This document shows positions 60,601 to 64,000 of a DNA stretch of 64,000 nt, in pieces. Position 1 is the stretch's first letter, and every line of letters begins with the position of its first letter. The notes beneath the pieces were generated by a model. That model was given only the letters and a program-made list of their open reading frames with translations. It made no database searches and was not told the DNA's origin. A program made the position numbers and the translations under genes. Origin of the DNA: Mobula hypostoma (Eukaryota); NCBI RefSeq assembly GCF_963921235.1, contig NC_086098.1, positions 5,146,001 to 5,210,000 of the forward strand, in the 5' to 3' direction.

Positions 60601-63449
60601 ATTAGCCACCCTCCAATCCTCAGGAACTAGTCCAGAATCTAACGAGTTTTGAAAAATTATCACTAATGCATCCACTATTTCTTGGGCCACTTCCTTAAGC
60701 ACTCTGGGATGCAGACCATCTGGCCCTGGGGATTTATCTGCCTTCAATCCCTTCAATTTACCTAACACCACTTCCCTACTAACATGTATTTCGCTCAGTT
60801 CCTCCATCTCACTGGACCCTCTGTCCCTTACTATTTCTGGAAGATTATTTATGTCCTCCTTAGTGAAGACAGAACCAAAGTAATTATTCAATTGGTCTGC
60901 CATGTCCTTGCTCCCCATAATGTTTCTGTTTGCAGGGGACCTACATTTGTCTTTATCAGTCTTTTCCTTTTTACATATCTATAAAAGCTTTTACAGTCCG
61001 TTTTTATGTTCTCTGCCAGTTTTCTCTCATAATCTTTTTTCCCCTTCCTAATTAAGCCCTTTGTCCTCCTCTGCTGAACTCTGAATTTCTCCCAGTCCTC
61101 AGGTGAGCCACTTTCTCTGGCTAATTTGTATGCTACTTCTTTGGAATTGATACTATCCCTAATTTCTCTTGTCAGCTACGGGTGCACTACCTTCCTTGAT
61201 TTATTCTTTTGCCAAACTGGGATGAACAATTGTTGTAGTTCATCCATGCAACCTTTAAATGCCTGCCATTGCATATCCACCGTCAATCCTTTAAGTGTCA
61301 TTTGCCAGTCTATCTTAGCTAATTCACGACTCATACCTTCAAAGTTACCCCTCTTTAAGTTCAGAACCTTTGTTTCTGAATTAACTACGTCACTCGCCAT
61401 GTTAATGAAGAATTCCACCATATTATGGTCACTCTTACCCAAGGGGCCTCTCACGACAAGATCGCTAATTAACCCTTCCTCGTTGCTCAAAACCCAGTCC
61501 AGAATAGCCTGCTCTCTAGTCGGTTCCTCGACATGTTGGTTCAAAAAACCATCCCGCATACATTCCAAGAAATCCTCTTCCTCAGCACCTTTATCAATTT
61601 GGTTCACCCAGTCTACATGTAGATTGAAGTCACCCATTATAACTGCTGTTCCTTTATTGCACACATTTCTAATTTCCTGTTTAATACCATCTCCGACCTC
61701 ACTACTACTGTTAGGTGGCCTGTACACAACTCCCATCAGCGTCTTCTGCCCCTTAGTGTTACGCAGCTCTACCCATATCGATTCCACATCTTCCCGGCTT
61801 ATGTCCTTCCTTTCTATTGCGTTAATCTCTTTTTTAACCAGCAACGCCACCCCACCTCCCCTTCCTTCATGTCTATCCCTCCTGAATATTGAATATCCCT
61901 GAACGTTGAGCTCCCATCCCTGGTCACCCTGGAGCCATGTCTCTGTGATCCCAACTATATCATAATCATTAATAACAATCTGCACTTTCAATTCATCCAC
62001 CTTATTACGAATGCTCCTTGCATTGACACATAAAGCCTTCAGGCGCTCTTTTACAACTCTCTTAGCCCTTTTTAATGCTTGCCCTGGATTTGTCGGCCTG
62101 CCACTTTTACTTTTCCCCTTTGTACTTTTTGCTTCTACGCTCACTTTACACCCCTCTGTCTCTCTGCACTGGTTCCCATCCCTCTGTTGTGAACTAACCT
62201 CCTCACACCTAGCCTCTTTAATTTGATTCCCACCCCCCAACCATTCTAGTTTAAAGTCACCTCAGTAGCCCCCGCTAATCTCCCTGCCAGGATATTGGTC
62301 CCCCTAGGATTTAAGTGTAACCCGTCCTTTTTGTACAGGTCACACCTGCGCCAAAAGAGGTCCCAATGATCCAAAAACTTGAATCCCTGCCCCCTGCTCC
62401 AATCCCTCAGCCACGCATTTATCCTCCACCTCATCGCATTCCTACTCTCACTGTCGCGTGGCACAGGCAGTAATCCCGAGATTACTACCTTTGCGGTCCT
62501 TTTTCTCAACTCCCTTCCTAGCTCCCTATATTCTTCTTTCAGGACCTCATCCCTTTTCCTACCTATGTCATTGGTACCTATATGTACCAGGACCTCTGGC
62601 TCTTCACCCTCCCACTTCAGGATATCTTGGACACGATCAGAAATATCCCGGACCCTGGCACCAGGGAGGCAAACTACCATCCGAGTCTCTGGACTGCGTC
62701 CACAGAATCGCCTATCTGACCCCCTTACTATCGAGTCCCCTATCACAACTGCCCTCCTCTTCCTTGCCCTACCATAGGGCAAGGAAGACATGAACTGATT
62801 AGGGATAGTCAGTATGGTTTTGTGTGTGGAAAGCAGTGTCTAACCAATTTTATGGAGTTTTTCAAGGAAGTTACCAGGAAAATTGATGAAAACAAGGCAG
62901 ACAAATTGTCCACGTAGACTTTAGCAAAGTATTTGACAAGGTCCCTCATGTGAGGCTGGCCAAGAAGGTTCAGTCACTCAGCATTCAAGATGAGGTATTA
63001 AATTGGATTAGACACTGGCTTTGTGGGAGAAGCCAGAGAGTGGTAATAGATGGTTGTCTCTCTGACTGGAGACCTGTGACTATTGGTGTGCTGCAGAGAT
63101 CGGTGCTGGGTTCCATGTTGTTTATCAACTATATCACTGATCTGGATGAGAATGTGCTTAATTGGATCAGCAAATTTGCAGATGACACCAAGAGTGAGGG
63201 TGTACTGAACAGTGAGGAAGACTATTAGAGGTTGCAGCAGGATCTGCAGTAGTTGGAAAAGTGGGCGGAAAAATGGCAGATAGAATTTAATGCAGACAAG
63301 TGTGAGGTGTTGCATTTCGGTAGGACCAACCAGGGTAGGACTTACACAGTGAATGGCAGGGCAATGAGGACTGTGGTAGAACAAATAAATCTGGGAATAC
63401 AAATCCATAATTTATTAAAAGTTGCAGCAAAGATAGATAGGGTCTTAAA
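57650..63449 (+). mobile_element. Old CR1 ORF2 (57650-59142 and 62786-63449)
   Basis: AISETW, GDFNFP, then QYGF, FSKVFDKV, FADD; many stops. Confidence 0.85.
59143..62774 (-). mobile_element. Young 5'-truncated CR1 (same subfamily as 2346-5723)
   Basis: Esterase 62246-62770, EN 61176-62240, RT 59245-60918; TGG>TAG stop at 61176, about 10-bp deletion near 60920, 24-bp deletion near 62068. Confidence 0.95.
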
Positions 63450-64000
63450 GCAACACACATAAAAGTTGCTGGTGAACGCAGCAGGCCAGGCAGCATCTCT
63501 AGGAAGAGGTACAGTCGATGTTTCAGGCCGAGGCCCTTCGTCAGGACTAACTGAAGGAAGAGCTAGTAAGAGATTTGAAAGTGGGAGGGGGAGGGGGAGA
63601 TCCAAAACGATAGGAGAAGACAGGAGGGGGAGGGATGGAGCCAAGAGCTGGACAGGTGATTGGCAAAAGGGATATGAGAGGATCATGGGACAGGAGGCCG
63701 AGGGAGAGGGAGAAGGGAGAGGGAGGGGAAAACCCAGAGGATGGGCAAGGGGTATAGTGAGAGGGACAGAGGGAGAAAAAGGAGAGAGAGAAGAAGAATG
63801 TGTGTATATAAATAAATAACGGTGGGGTACGAGGGGGAGATGGGGCATTAGTGGAAGTTTGTAAAGTCAATGTTCATGCCATCAGGTTGGAGGCTACCCA
63901 GACGGAATATAAGGTGTTGTTCCTCCAACCTGAGTGTGGCTTCATCTTTACAGTAGAGGAGGCTGTGGATAGACATGTCAGAATGGGAATGGGATGTGGA
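63450..64000 (-). mobile_element. Penelope-like arm (pseudo-LTR, 3' UTR, GIY-YIG C-terminus), runs off window
   Basis: Same pseudo-LTR subfamily as 19960-20105; ..RLEEQHLIFRLGSLQPDGMNIDF on minus. Confidence 0.88.
63513..63548 (-). ncRNA. Minimal type I hammerhead ribozyme motif
   Basis: AGTC-CTGACGA-AGGGCCTCGGCCT-GAAA-CATC-GACT; the stem III palindrome is altered. Confidence 0.7.

Noticed and set aside
59245..60918. Functional stand-alone 557-aa reverse transcriptase gene
   Set aside because: Distal part of a CR1 ORF2 disabled upstream by a stop and a frameshifting deletion; the start is an internal Met.
401..62777. Long antisense ORFs (for example 1405-2181, 4317-5093, 61126-61902, MPPKWITSH.., MNLLCTPS..)
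   Set aside because: Shadows of CR1 ORFs, recurring only because the element copies are near-identical.

Overview
Vertebrate repeat-saturated non-coding DNA, most likely from a cartilaginous fish (inferred from the CR1/Rex/Penelope/V-SINE repertoire, not proven). I found no host-gene exon; every long ORF I can identify is transposon-derived or its antisense shadow. Contents: a near full-length young CR1 LINE (1-7567) split by an antisense copy of its own subfamily; further young and old CR1s; at least three Rex1/Babar-type LINE families; Penelope-like remnants with a GIY-YIG domain, inverted pseudo-LTRs and minimal hammerhead ribozymes; Tc1, hAT and MITE DNA transposons; solo LTRs; SINEs. Nesting reaches four levels. 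The most interesting signals are RNA-level: (1) two ORF-less retroelements that start exactly at an HDV-like ribozyme fold with an unusual extra hairpin in loop L3, and (2) an in-register U_UUA_AAC slippery site joining CR1 ORF1 to an AUG-less ORF2 in the -1 frame in all three copies that retain the junction. Also notable: a probable gene-conversion tract between CR1s about 32 kb apart, a composite MITE and short inverted templated duplications. All alignments and folds were done by eye.
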